Shown here: one piece after another, positions 10,009 to 21,129 of the stretch
Numbering within the stretch: position 1 is the stretch's first letter
Layout: each line of letters begins with the position of its first letter
Notes under the pieces: generated by a model
What the model saw: only the letters and a program-made list of their open reading frames with translations
Told to the model about the DNA's origin: nothing
Database searches by the model: none
Origin: Squalus acanthias
Lineage: Eukaryota
Direction of reading: 5' to 3'
DNA length: 64,000 nucleotides
NCBI GenBank assembly: GCA_030390025.1
Contig: CM059438.1
Span: 55,802,001 to 55,866,000, forward strand
Position numbers and translations under genes: made by a program

Positions 10009-10334
10009 AGGGGCCGCCCTGGGAACGGGCGGCGCTGTACAGTAATAAGTTTAGGACAAGTTTAAGTTTATAGTTTAAGGTTAAGTTTTAAGTTCATAGT
10101 TTTAGATAAGGTTATAAGTTTATAAGTTTTAATCAGGTTAAGTTTGTAGTTTTAATTTTAACAGAAAATGATAAAATGATGGGAGCTTTAGAGATAGGTT
10201 TAGTTAAAGTTTATTCAGCGAACGTTGAAGTTTACGTGAGGCGAGGTCAGGGGACCCGCTCACCCTTCACAAAAGCCAGAGACTCTTGCGAGGCTGGCTA
10301 CCTCACTCTATCTGATCACAGGAACCAAGGAAGG

Positions 10335-13006
10335 ATGGAACGAATTCTAGTATTGCTCGCGGCAATCGGATGTGGATTGGCCTATCGAGGCCGCACCAAG
10401 GATGTCGTGGTGTTTGGATGCTCCGGGGACACGGCCCCCATCGCGGTGGATGGGACCGGAAGACGGGAGGCTGAGGAGACCACCACCTATTTCCACAAGG
10501 GAAGGTGGCCAGGATGGCTGGGAACGAACTCGACTGAGTATTCCAGCACATCGGGGTTTGCCTACCAAGAGACTTCTTTAATGTGCCCCAAAGTAAGGAT
10601 CATCGCACCCAGGATCAGCGTCACCGTCGGCAAACGGATTTGTTTGACTTGTAGTGGGAATGTCCCATTGAGCCGATGGTGGTGGCTGCGAAAGCTGAGC
10701 AAAACTATGAGGAACTCTTCGGTCGAGTGGGAACGACTGGGTAATAATACCCATCGGACAATTACGGGGACAAACGGACAAGTGAAAGTCTGTTGGGACA
10801 AATGGTGGGAACCGGACGAGGGAATTTATGTATGTATGTGGGGGTCAAAGTACGCTTGCCCCAAAGGCATCTCCATATTTTTCATTAATCAATGGCAGGA
10901 TAACGGACAGGGGATGAGGTGGGATGCGAGCACCAGGGGATGCGGAGCCCCATACTCTTCGATCCCGGTAAATGCCACTGAACTCATTACGCGCCCACGC
11001 AAAGCCCCGCCCACGATTCCGGTGGTTCTAGCTGAGGAGGAAGGGTGCCCAAAAACTAGTAAGGGACCTGGGAATGGTTTGGTACTGGTCCCCACAGACC
11101 AGATACTATTCCAGGGGGTACATTACGCGGTGGCCTCGGTGATTTTAAATCTCACCGAGGTGCGGTTACCAGAGTGGTGCCCCAAAAAGACGGAACATAG
11201 AAACATAGAAACATAGAATCTAGGTGCAGGAGTAGGCCATTCGGCCCGTCGAGCCTGCTCCACCATTCAATACGATCATGGCTGATCATCCAAATCCAGT
11301 ACCCTGTCCCTGCTTTAATCCCCACAGTACACATATCCCACCCTACCCCCGTAACCCCACATATTTAATTCCCCCTAACATATCCCATCCTATCCTATCC
11401 CCATAACCCCACATATTTAATCCCCCCCTAACACTAAGGGTCAATTTATCATAGCCAAATCAACCTACCCCGCACATTTTTGGACTGTGGGAGGAAACCG
11501 GAGCACCCGGAGGAACAGTTATATCAGGTCCTGTTGACCAAGATGTTCAGACAATTTTACGAATTCGATTTCGCGGAAATTGATAAAACAAGTTTGTACA
11601 CCGCACCACATGAAGCTTTGGATCAAGTAGGGAGGCAAAGAAGGGGTTTAGTGAACGATGCGTTCACTGCTTTTAACACGGGTACATCTGTGGTCAACGC
11701 TCTAGACAGTGTGGAGCTGCAGACCCAGATTAATGGTTTAAAGACACAATTAAAAGACATTCTAACAGATGAGAATAAAGTGGTAGGGTCGGGTCTACAC
11801 ATGGACCAAGCCATGACTCTCCATTTAAAGGAAATTATAGCAGAGCTGGAGAAACATGCAAAGACGGTAAATGCCCTGATTAGGGAAGATCGGAATGCAT
11901 CCGATCAAGCTGCGCAGAACGAGGTGTGCGTGCTTTACGGGGCGTGGTTACTGGGCGAGGGCCGCAGTAATTTGGAGGATTTAAAACAAGGTTTGGTCCC
12001 GTCCTGGATAAGTAACAAACACCTGCGGGCGCTCCACCCTTTTCAGAACACATTAAGCCCGTGCCAGCTCAGGCTAGCTTCAGAAGCTTACCCAGTCCCC
12101 GTGGACTGTGGACGATCAAACCATACTATCATGGGTATAGTTTTACGTATGCCGGTTTTGGGCGACACAGCAAAGCCCGCCCCGGTGTATCGGGTAGAGA
12201 ACATTGGTGTCATTCAGGGGGGAGCCCACATTCGCTATGCAGCGGTTCCACCTTACGTCATCCGCTGGGAGCAAACGATGACAGGTACAGATCTCTCTGG
12301 TTGTCGTGGCAGGGGAGCACACATAATACTGTGTCCCCAGCACTTGAATGCCTTTTTAACACCACAGTGCGGGTTCAGAACGGCTGGCGCCAAGTCCATG
12401 AATTGCACCATGGAGGCAATGGCACAAGATCATGTGCCTCCGCAGGTAGCATACATCGGGGGTGGAACATATTGTGTTACCACTGCAGCGCAACACTACC
12501 AGCATGGAAACCGTAGCCGGTGTCCGGTGAGTGACAGCAGTTTCTGTTTTAAACCCAGGGCGGAAGTTCAAGTAGCACAACAGCGAATTGTCCCAATCCC
12601 TGAACCATCCACTGTTCATCTCACAGTAAAAGAGAATTTCACCGACTTGCAGCGATTCGTCGCGCATTTCGGATACCTCATTCCCCCTCTCCCTGAACAC
12701 CTCACCAAGCTTTTAAAAGCCGTCGCGGTGTCACAGAAACATTTTTACACATTAGAACAGAAAACTGTCGAAATAGGGACAGACATTCTGGATATAGTAG
12801 TTCCACCGTGGTGGAATCTGTTCACCAATATTGAAGTGCCTTCATGGATCAGAATAGCCTCCCACATTTTAGTCATATGTCAAGTTTTTATTGTAGTGTA
12901 CCTATTGGTCGTACATTGTAAAAGAGACAAACGCCTCACTAAGCATGAAAACACGGGAGAGTGGCGAGAACGTTACGTGCGCGTGCACGATGAAAGCACC
13001 GTGTAA
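10335..13006 (+). pseudogene. env: Env glycoprotein (783 aa when reconstructed): signal peptide, Ig-like domain, F-type class I fusion protein; disrupted by SINE 11198-11517
   Basis: MERILVLLAAIGCGLA signal peptide in strong Kozak context; furin site RQRR (11633-11644) followed by a fusion-peptide-like segment and heptads; Cys-rich region; TM IASHILVICQVFIVVYLLVV; deleting 11198-11517 joins ...PKKTE-QLYQ... in frame. Confidence 0.88.
11198..11517 (-). mobile_element. 5'-truncated V-SINE (HE1-like) with CR1-derived 3' tail, inserted in env
   Basis: GGAACA duplicated at 11192-11197 and 11512-11517; (CATAGAAA)n tail and ~120 nt matching the CR1 3' UTR at 21517-21640; GGACTGTGGGAGGAAACCGGAGCACCCGGAGG V-SINE core-like segment. 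Confidence 0.85.
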
Positions 13007-13442
13007 TCGGAAAATGGCATCACTCTCGCTCGCCACGTGCGCCGCGGAAGTTTGTACTCGATCATGATTTTCAAAGATTGTAAATACGTTGGGAACTCGA
13101 CATGTTTTAAGAGTTGGTGTTGATTATTTTGGTGATGGTGTTATAGTTAAAAATGATTGTTTGGTTTTGGGTTTGTTTTTTCCTTTCCCTGAATAAAAGA
13201 TAAATATACAGGTGATACGAGAGACATCGGCCTGGTTACGCCGGGAAGGAAAACAAGTGGTGTAAGTTTAAAGGCAAATAATGCCTACGGTGATATAAAA
13301 TGTAATTTTCTTGGGAAATAAGGATGACACAGAGACCCTAGTTAGGTTAAAGTTATGGGATTAATTTTCTGGATTCGGAGAAAATCGAGATAATATTGCT
13401 CACCACTATTATTTTGATACGATAAGCGGAGTTATTCGCATC

Positions 13443-13454
13443 AACAGGAGGGAC
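13443..13454 (+). promoter_or_regulatory. Polypurine tract
   Basis: AACAGGAGGGAC immediately before the 3' LTR TG. Confidence 0.7.
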
Positions 13455-15088
13455 TGTAGAATTCGCAATATATCGCGATTTTATTAATAAGGAGAAAACA
13501 CAGAGTTTCGTTCAAACAGCTTTTATTTCAGCAGAATGCTGTCAGGTTTCTCAAAGTGGACACAAGCAGCCTGTAAAATGGCCGCCGCACCTCGTGACGG
13601 AACATTCTAGACTTTTCGACAGGCAGACAAGATGGCGTTCCAATAAACATTTGTGCAAGATCGATTAAGATTCAGCACATTGAAGATAATACACGAGACA
13701 TTATGGGTTTGCAGTATACACATAAATACTGAAATCGGTCTCCCAGGTACAAATGAAAGCTATTGTACCAAGTAATCAAGGGCCCATCCAAAGACATTAA
13801 TATGTAAAAACCCAACGACTCTACGATGAGAGAGCCGTTAGCGGGTAGTTATACAAAACACTTGGAAGCCCCAAAACCCCTCCAGGGAGAACACCGACCG
13901 ATTTAACAATGGGAGAAATATTAACAGGTACTCAGGCATTTACGAGTAGCCCCGAAACCCATTAAGAACGGAGATCACCCATACAAGACATTTGAGCGCC
14001 AAACCCAAACAAAAGTAAGGACATTAAGGTTGGGCGGGAAACGGAAGATTTTGTACTATAATTACAAGCTCCAACCGTCCATCTTTCTCTTATCCGATCG
14101 ACTCGTATCCTCGTGGCTGCTCCTGTGTTTTGACTCGTAGTCTTGTTCCTGCTTGCCTGGTGCCTCTTTGGAAAAGACTGTTGAACTTTATGATCCGTTC
14201 GGATCTACCTCGTGTCGCGTAACGAAGACCTATGTTGGTAACTGGCATCGGAACCAAAGGCCCGAGATGAGATGAGATGAGATGAGAAGAGAGGAAGACC
14301 ATACTCATCGCCACGGTCAGTAAGCCCCGACCGCGCCTGTAGGTCGAATAGCCAAGTTTCCTTGCCAGGGAGACTTCTTTGAACTTGCAAGAACAGACCT
14401 CGGAAGATCCTCCAAGATGATATTGACTGGTCTGTGAAACCCATCCGGACAGTGCCTGTTAAACCAACCAACACAGATCTTCATCACAGCAGACGTTCCA
14501 GCCTGCTAGCCGGAGCAGAAGCAAGTAAACAAGTGGGACCAGGAGACCTCCTGATCGACACGTGGGTGCTGTGGTGAAAACATCCGATCAGCTATTCGGA
14601 ATTTCTCCGAGTTATCACGAGTGGTGAGCATGAGTCTCGAATCCTACGAATCTAGCTAGGACAGATATTGATAGGGGAGGGTTTAAGTATTAAGGATACT
14701 TGTAATGTGTGCCCCTATTTACGGTGTGTCGTTCGTTCCTCGTTTCCCTAGAATTAGCTATATAACTGCATGTAAGATTGTACTGTCATTAATCTGTGCT
14801 TATGACATGTATTTCGTAATCTTAAATATCATGCAATAAAGATTTTTCCATTTCGTACCATTCAACCGAGTCTACATGAGTTTCATCTCCATTACTGCTC
14901 TCGCATCTAAGTCCAGTGTCTAGAACCGTAAGGGCGAGTGATTCGAACCACTCACAGGTGTGTCTAGTGTTCCCAGACTGGCTGGAGACCAGAACAGGCA
15001 ACAAGGCCTAAACCCGCACTGACATACAGGCTGCACAGAGCCGCGCGAATCTCACAGGCTGAGAGACACGCACGTCAAATCCCTTACA
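13455..15088 (+). repeat. 3' LTR (1634 bp)
   Basis: Copy of 2008-3656 with (GAGAT)4 instead of 7 and about 4 substitutions seen by eye. Confidence 0.95.
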
Positions 15089-17209
15089 AAAGTAGCTGGA
15101 GAGCACGTTGCTGCACATCAGTGGGGCCATGAGGAGCGTCTCTGTACTGACAATCCTCCTAATGGGGACATCCATGTACCTCTGGTGCCTCTCCTCAATA
15201 GATGCCCATCTATCCTCCATAGCAGACCATCTATTTAGAAGAGTCACCATGCTCTGTTGAGTCTGGTGACTTATGTCCTCCAAGGAGGTTGCCACCCTCT
15301 CCATGGTGGCACGTTCATGCGCCATTGCCTCCACCATGTCATCGCTTATGTTTGAGATGGACTCCTCCATTCTCTGCACACTCGCAGTTACCGTGGATGC
15401 AAAACCTGCCAGAGACTCCTGCACTTGTTGCTGAAGTTCCAGCACCACGCTCTTTCTGGATGGCCCCAGAGGCACAGGGCCCACATGCAGCTGAGCAGAG
15501 CTAGGAGTGCCCTGCGGCCTCTGACGAGGACTCTCCACTGCTGTCCTTGTCTCCACCATCTGCTGATGCTCACTTGTGAGCTGTGATACATCAGGTGACA
15601 ACACTACTCTATGACATGAATGACCCACCGAGGTGTGCCTCTCTGCGCTGGTGCTGGGTGCGCTCAATTCTGCTGACACTGCGCCCTCAGAGGCTGCAAC
15701 TTCCTCTGAGGAGTCTTCCAGCTCTTCCTCCTAGACAGTGGGGAGGGGGGCTCTCGATGGTCCTGTGGGGGAGTAAAGGCATGAGTTAGATGTGATATTA
15801 ACGTAGCAGGCACATCGAATTTTGCAGATGATCTTAACTCAATCTGTATGAACTTCAGATGCCCTATCAGTCACTCATGAAACCTAACTGAGAGGCTTTG
15901 CAAATCTATTCTGTCACCAGCTTGCTCTACTGCGCCCGTCTGACCGTCCCCCACTTCCAGATCCTCAGCACCTCCGACGATGTCGAGAGCAGCCTCCTCA
16001 GCGGTGGTCAAGTGGGCAATCGAAGGTAGCCCTCCTCCTGTCCTGCCCCTCTCCCTCTTATTGTGGGCTCTCTTTTCCTGCAATGAGGGACACAAGTGAG
16101 AATGTTGGAGTGAGTGTAGAGAATCCATAGCATAGATGCTTAGATGGAGTGAGGTGCCAATACCAAGGGCCCTCCCTGTGTGTTGTTAGTTGTTGTCATT
16201 GCATAACAGTGATAGCGAGTGTGAGGGGTGCATAGTAGAATGGTGAAGTGATTCTGTACATAGAGAGAGAGGGATGGTTAAGGGTGGAAGGGATGTAAGG
16301 ATAAGTTGGGATGTGCAGGAGTAGGTTGACAATGTAGAGTGCTGGTGATGAGAGGAGATGGGGAGCAGATTGATGGTACGTGTGATGTTCTCCTCACTTT
16401 TGCTGTGTGTAGCAGGTCATTGAACCTTTTCCTGCACTGAACCCAGGTGTGTGAACACAATGACCTGGCGCTCACCTCCTCAGCAATTTGCAGCCAGGCT
16501 GCCTTGGTTTGCTGAGGAGACTTCCTCCGCCCATTTGAGGGGAACAGAACCTCTTGGCGCCCTCTCACTCCCTCCACAAGAGCATGGAGGGGGTCATCAT
16601 CGAATCTGGGCGATGCCTTTGGTCTTGAAGCAGTCATTTTGAGATGTCTCACACCGAGAAGCAGCAGAATAGGATTGATCAAAAACAAGGCTGAATGGGA
16701 ACCTTAAATGCAGCTGGCTGAAAGACGTCAGCAGAGACGAGCAGCAGACCCCAACCCACTGATTGGGCCGGGTATCGCGCACGACGGGCCACTTAAACAA
16801 AAATCGTAATTTCAGGGCGGCTGAAACCGGCAGCGGGACCGGAACCTGTTGAACATCAAAGCCGCCTTCAACCTGCCTCCACTTGGAAAATCGCAGCCTG
16901 TGTGTCTCCATCTTTCTTTCTGTCTATCTCTCTCCCTCCATCTCTCTCTTTGGATTGGGAGTTAGAGAGAGAGAAAGAGAAATAAGGGCACTCTATCTCT
17001 TTTTGTTATTCTCACTTACTTCCTTTGCATCTCTCTCGTTCTACACCGCCATCTCGGTCTCTCTCTCCCTGTCTGTTTGCGTTCTTCTGTTTATATCGGA
17101 GAATTAAAGAATCTTTTAGTTAAAATAGGGGAGGCTGCGAGGGTCCCCAGGGTTGAATTTTCACTGGGGTTCTCCCGATCATCCAGCGTAAGTTCTGTAT
17201 CTTTCCCTC

Positions 17210-18830
17210 CATTTCTCTCTCTACCTCTCCCTCCATCTCTCTCTCCCTCTCCCTCCATCTCTCTCTCTACCTCTCCCTCCATCTATCTCTCTACCTCTCC
17301 CTCCATCTCTCTCTCCCTCTCCCTCCATCTCTCTACCTCTCCCTCCATCTCTCTCTATCTCTCCCTCCATCTCTCTCTCTACCTCTCCCTCCATCTCTCT
17401 CTCTACCTCTCCCTCCATCTCTCTCTCCCTCTCCCTCCATCTCTCTCTCTACCTCTCCCTCCATCTCTCTCTCTACCTCTCCCTCCATCTCTCTCTACCT
17501 CTCCCTCCATCTCTCTCTCTACCTCTCCCTCCATCTCTCTCTCTACCTCTCCCTCCATCTCTCTCTCCCTCTCCCTCCATCTCTCTCTCTACCTCTCCCT
17601 CCATCTCTCTCTCTACCTCTCCCTCTATCTCTCTCTCTACCTCTCCCTCCATCTCTCTCTCTACCTCTCCCTCATCTCTCTCTACCTCTCCCTCCATCTC
17701 TCTCTCTACCTCTCCCTCCATCTCTCTCTCTACCTCTCCCTCCATCTCTCTCTCTACCTCTCCCTCCATCTCTCTCTCTACCTCTCCCTCCATCTCTCTC
17801 TCTACCTCTCCCTCCATCTCTCTCTCTCTACCTCTCCCTCCATCTCTCTCTCTACCTCTCCCTCCATCTTTCTCTCTCTCTCCCTCTCCTTCCATCTCTC
17901 TCTCTACCTCTCCCTCCATCTCTCTCTCTACCTCTCCCTCCATCTCTCTCTCTCTACCTCTCCCTCCATCTCTCTCTCTACCTCTCCCTCCATCTCTCTC
18001 TCTACCTCTCCCTCCATCTCTCTCTCTACCTCTCCCTCCATCTCTCTCTCTACCTCTCCCTCCATCTCTCTCTCTATCTCTCCCTCCATCTCTCTCTCTA
18101 CCTCTCCCTCCATCTCTCTCTCTACCTCTCCCTCCATCTCTCTCTCTACCTCTCCCTCCATCTCTCTCTCTACCTCTCCCTCCATCTCTCTCTCCTCTCC
18201 CTCCATCTCTCTCTCTACCTCTCCCTCCATCTCTCTCTCTACCTCTCCCTCTATCTCTCTCTCTACCTCTCCCTCCATCTCTCTCTCTACCTCTCCCTCC
18301 ATCTCTCTCTACCTCTCCCTCCATCTCTCTCTCTACCTCTCCCTCCATCTCTCTCTCTACCTCTCCCTCCATCTCTCTCTCTACCTCTCCCTCCATCTCT
18401 CTCTCTACCTCTCCCTCCATCTCTCTCTACCTCTCCCTCCATCTCTCTCTCTCTACCTCTCCCTCCATCTCTCTCTCTACCTCTCCCTCCATCTTTCTCT
18501 CTCTCTCCCTCTCCTTCCATCTCTCTCTCTACCTCTCCCTCCATCTCTCTCTCTACCTCTCCCTCCATCTCTCTCTCTACCTCTCCCTCCATCTCTCTCT
18601 CTACCTCTCCCTCCATCTCTCTCTCTACCTCTCCCTCCATCTCTCTCTCTATCTCTCCCTCCATCTCTCTCTCTACCTCTCCCTCCATCTCTCTCTCTAC
18701 CTCTCCCTCCATCTCTCTCTCTATCTCTCCCTCCATCTCTCTCTCTACCTCTCCCTCCATCTCTCTCTCTACCTCTCCCTCCATCTCTCTCTCTATCTCT
18801 CCCTCCATCTCTCTCTCTACCTCTCCATCT
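17210..18830. repeat. Pyrimidine-rich ~24-bp minisatellite (CTACCTCTCCCTCCATCTCTCTCT)n
   Basis: Tandem array visible directly; degenerate CT-rich flanks at 1-200 and 18830-19800. Confidence 0.95.
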
Positions 18831-19814
18831 CTGTCTGCCTCTCCTCCACCTCTCCCTGTACCTCTTTCTCCCTTTCTTTCTACATCTCCATCTCTCTCTC
18901 TCTCTCTACCTCTTTCTCCATCTCTCTCTGCATCTGTTTCTTTTGATGTGTTTCTGCATGTTTATCTATCGATATATCTTTCTACCTCTTTTGAAATAGG
19001 AAGTGTTTGAAGGGACAGTGTAGAGGGAGCTTTTGTTGATCTCTCTCTTTGTATCTCTCAGTATTTTCATTCTGGTCCTCAGTTTCTCTCACTGGTTCTC
19101 TGGGAATTTGGGAGAGATGAAAGGAGAAAGAAAGATGTTTTATTTTTTAGGCTGTGAGGGTCCCCTGAGTTACATTTTGGGACCAGTGGGACACACACGC
19201 AGGCTATACAGTCAAAGACTCGTGTCCTGTATCTCTACAGCTTTCTCTCTATCTCTGTATCTCTCTCTTTATATCTCTGTATCACTCTCTCTCTCTCTTT
19301 ATATCTTTGTACCTTCTTTCTGTTTCTTTATATTTCTGATCCTCACTCTTTATATCTCTCTCTTTTTATATCTCTACCCCTCTCTTTGTTTATGTATCTC
19401 TCTCTCTATTTCTGTTTCTTTATCTCTCTCTCTTTATATCTCTGTACCTCTCTCTTTATATGGCTCTCTGTATAAGTATCTCTCTGTATCTTTCTTTATC
19501 TCTCGGCCCCATTCCTTTATCTCTCTCTCTTTATATCTGTGTATCTCTACATCTGTCTTTATATCTCCCTATCTTTATATTTCTGTACCTTTCCTTTCTC
19601 TCTTTATATGTCTGTCTTTCTTGAAATCTCTACATCTCTCTTTCAATCTCTCAGTATCTCTGCCTTCTGCTCTCAGTTTCTCTCACTGGTCCTTGCTCTC
19701 TCGGCATCTCTCTCCTGGTTTGTCTCTCTTATTCTCTATATGTATCTCCCTTTCTTTGCCTCTCACTCGGTTCTGCCTCTCTCTTCTCTCTTCGGTTGCT
19801 CAGTCCCTCTCACT

Positions 19815-20025
19815 GGGGTAGATTTGGACTCTGTGTGATAGTATAAAAGGGGTGATAGTGAATCGGGATCCCGTTGTAACATCTCTCCTGAATTATATTG
19901 CCATTGACGTAAAAATGGGGAGAGTTTTAAAATGGGGAGAGTTTTAAAATAGGGAGAGTTTTAAAGTGGGTGGCTGATTTGCTGTCACCCATTTTACATT
20001 GTCGCACAAAGTCCAAAGTTGCCCC
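19815..20025. mobile_element. Palindromic MITE (non-autonomous DNA transposon)
   Basis: Imperfect TIRs GGGGTAGATTTGGACTCTGTGTGATA / TGTCGCACAAAGTCCAAAGTTGCCCC; internal triple AAAATGGGGAGAGTTTT; related to 21130-21252. Confidence 0.6.
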
Positions 20026-20580
20026 ATTGTTTCCTTCCCTCTCTCCGTATCTGTTCCCTTAACAATCTCTGCCTCTCTTTCGGGATGTCTCATGTGCAGA
20101 AATGGATTTGAGATACAGATCAGCCATGATCTAACTGATCGGTGGAACTGATTGGCCTCTTCCTGTTCCCGTGTCACCCAATGTTTCTGCCTTTCTTCCC
20201 TTTCTGTTATCTTATCTTTCTCGGTTCATGGGTAAGGGACACATGTGTTTTGATTCCCTGTGGACTGATGGAGATAGCACCTTACTGCATCTAGAGATAT
20301 ATCTGGGGCTGGGATCATCCTGTGTGTAAAGTATAATGAATGCCAGTTAGCCTGTGTGTATGTCCTTTATTTCCGCGTGTCTCTCTGTATCTCTTGCTCT
20401 GTCTCTGCCCCTCAGTTTGTCTGTTTTGATTGTCCTTCTCTCTGTAACCCCCCAATCTCTGTTTCTCCTCCTGTATGTCTAGCCTCCTCTCTCTCCATTT
20501 AGGATCCAGCCAGTCATTCAGCATTAGGTGTGTGGCAGCCATTTTGTGTTAGGTGCAAGGCCACTAGTTTTTATTATGTG

Positions 20581-20930
20581 CAAGGTGTCCATTTTGTGTT
20601 AGGTGAGGGTCATCCATTGTGTTTCAGACGCAAGGTGTCCATTTTGTGTTAGGTGAGGGTCATCTATTGTGTTTCAGACGCAAGGTGTCCATTTTGTGTT
20701 AGGTGAGGGTCATCCATTGTGTTTCAGACGCAAGGTGTCCATTTTGTGTTAGGTGAGGGTCATCCATTGTGTTTCAGACGCAAGGTGTCCATTTTGTGTT
20801 AGGTGAGGGTCATCCATTGTGTTTCAGACACAAGGTGTCCATTTTGTGTTAGGTGAGGGTCATCCATTGTGTTTCAGACGCAAGGTGTCCATTTTGTGTT
20901 AGGTGAGGGTCATCCATTGTGTTTCAGACA
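20581..20930. repeat. 50-bp minisatellite, 7 near-perfect copies
   Basis: Unit CAAGGTGTCCATTTTGTGTTAGGTGAGGGTCATCCATTGTGTTTCAGACG repeats every 50 nt. Confidence 0.95.
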
Positions 20931-21129
20931 CAAGGTGGACATTTTGTCAAGTTCCAGCAAAGCTCTTTTGCTCAGTCTCACCATTTGGTCCAATTCACAT
21001 CCAGAGAAAATTGAGTCGAGATGTATCCACGTCCCGGGGAGATCCAGGTCAGTGATTTTTCAATCTTTTTAATGTTTCCTTGTGAGGCCAGGAGGAGCAG
21101 GAGGGCGTCCGCTCTCCGCATCGCACTCT

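Larger units (their letters stand above)
2008..15088 (+). mobile_element. Full-length enveloped LTR retroelement/endogenous retrovirus (lokiretrovirus-like), LTR-gag-pol-env-LTR
   Basis: Two ~1.64-kb direct repeats with TGTA...TACA termini; TSD AAAG at 2004-2007 and 15089-15092; removing the element restores the Harbinger sequence seen at ~56540-56570; PBS, PPT, gag, pol and env present. Confidence 0.95.
1633..16640 (-). pseudogene. Harbinger Myb/SANT-like DNA-binding gene (3 exons); last exon split by the LTR element
   Basis: Exon 1 ~16640-16398 (PRFDDDPLHALVEGVRGRQEVLF...AWLQIAEEV...WVQCRKRFNDL); exon 2 ~16078-15918 (EKRAHNKRERGRTGGG); exon 3 on both sides of the provirus (15093-15765 and 1633-2007), homologous to 56220-57990. 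Confidence 0.8.
264..16898. mobile_element. Harbinger/PIF DNA transposon copy 1 (interrupted by the 13-kb LTR element)
   Basis: 12-bp TIRs GGCCGCGATTTT (264-275) and AAAATCGCAGCC (16887-16898), 3-bp TSD TGT on both sides; contains a HARBI1-like transposase (+) and a convergent Myb/SANT-like gene (-); colinear with the copy at 54175-58326. Confidence 0.85.

Noticed and set aside
10003..10033. TTTAAAG slippery-like heptamer plus hairpin at the pol stop as a frameshift into env
   Set aside because: Heptamer is out of phase with the pol codons (ATT TAA) and the downstream spacer is full of stops
10176..10334. Env start at 10176
   Set aside because: The signal peptide, strong Kozak context and adjacent acceptor favour the ATG at 10335; a longer leader peptide is not fully excluded
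11480..11512. Separate 508-aa gene starting at 11480
   Set aside because: The first 11 codons are SINE sequence; the ORF is the C-terminal part of env
17077..19821. 640-aa and 262-aa Leu/Ser-rich ORFs and antisense Glu/Arg ORFs
   Set aside because: Products of CT-rich low-complexity DNA
20285..20360. Segment similar to 198-263 as a duplicated host exon on the - strand
   Set aside because: No polypyrimidine tract on that strand, the other copy has a stop in the same frame, and no recognisable protein; more likely an old repeat
20581..20930. Regular 50-bp repeats as a CRISPR array
   Set aside because: Units are head-to-tail with no unique spacers, no cas genes, eukaryotic context
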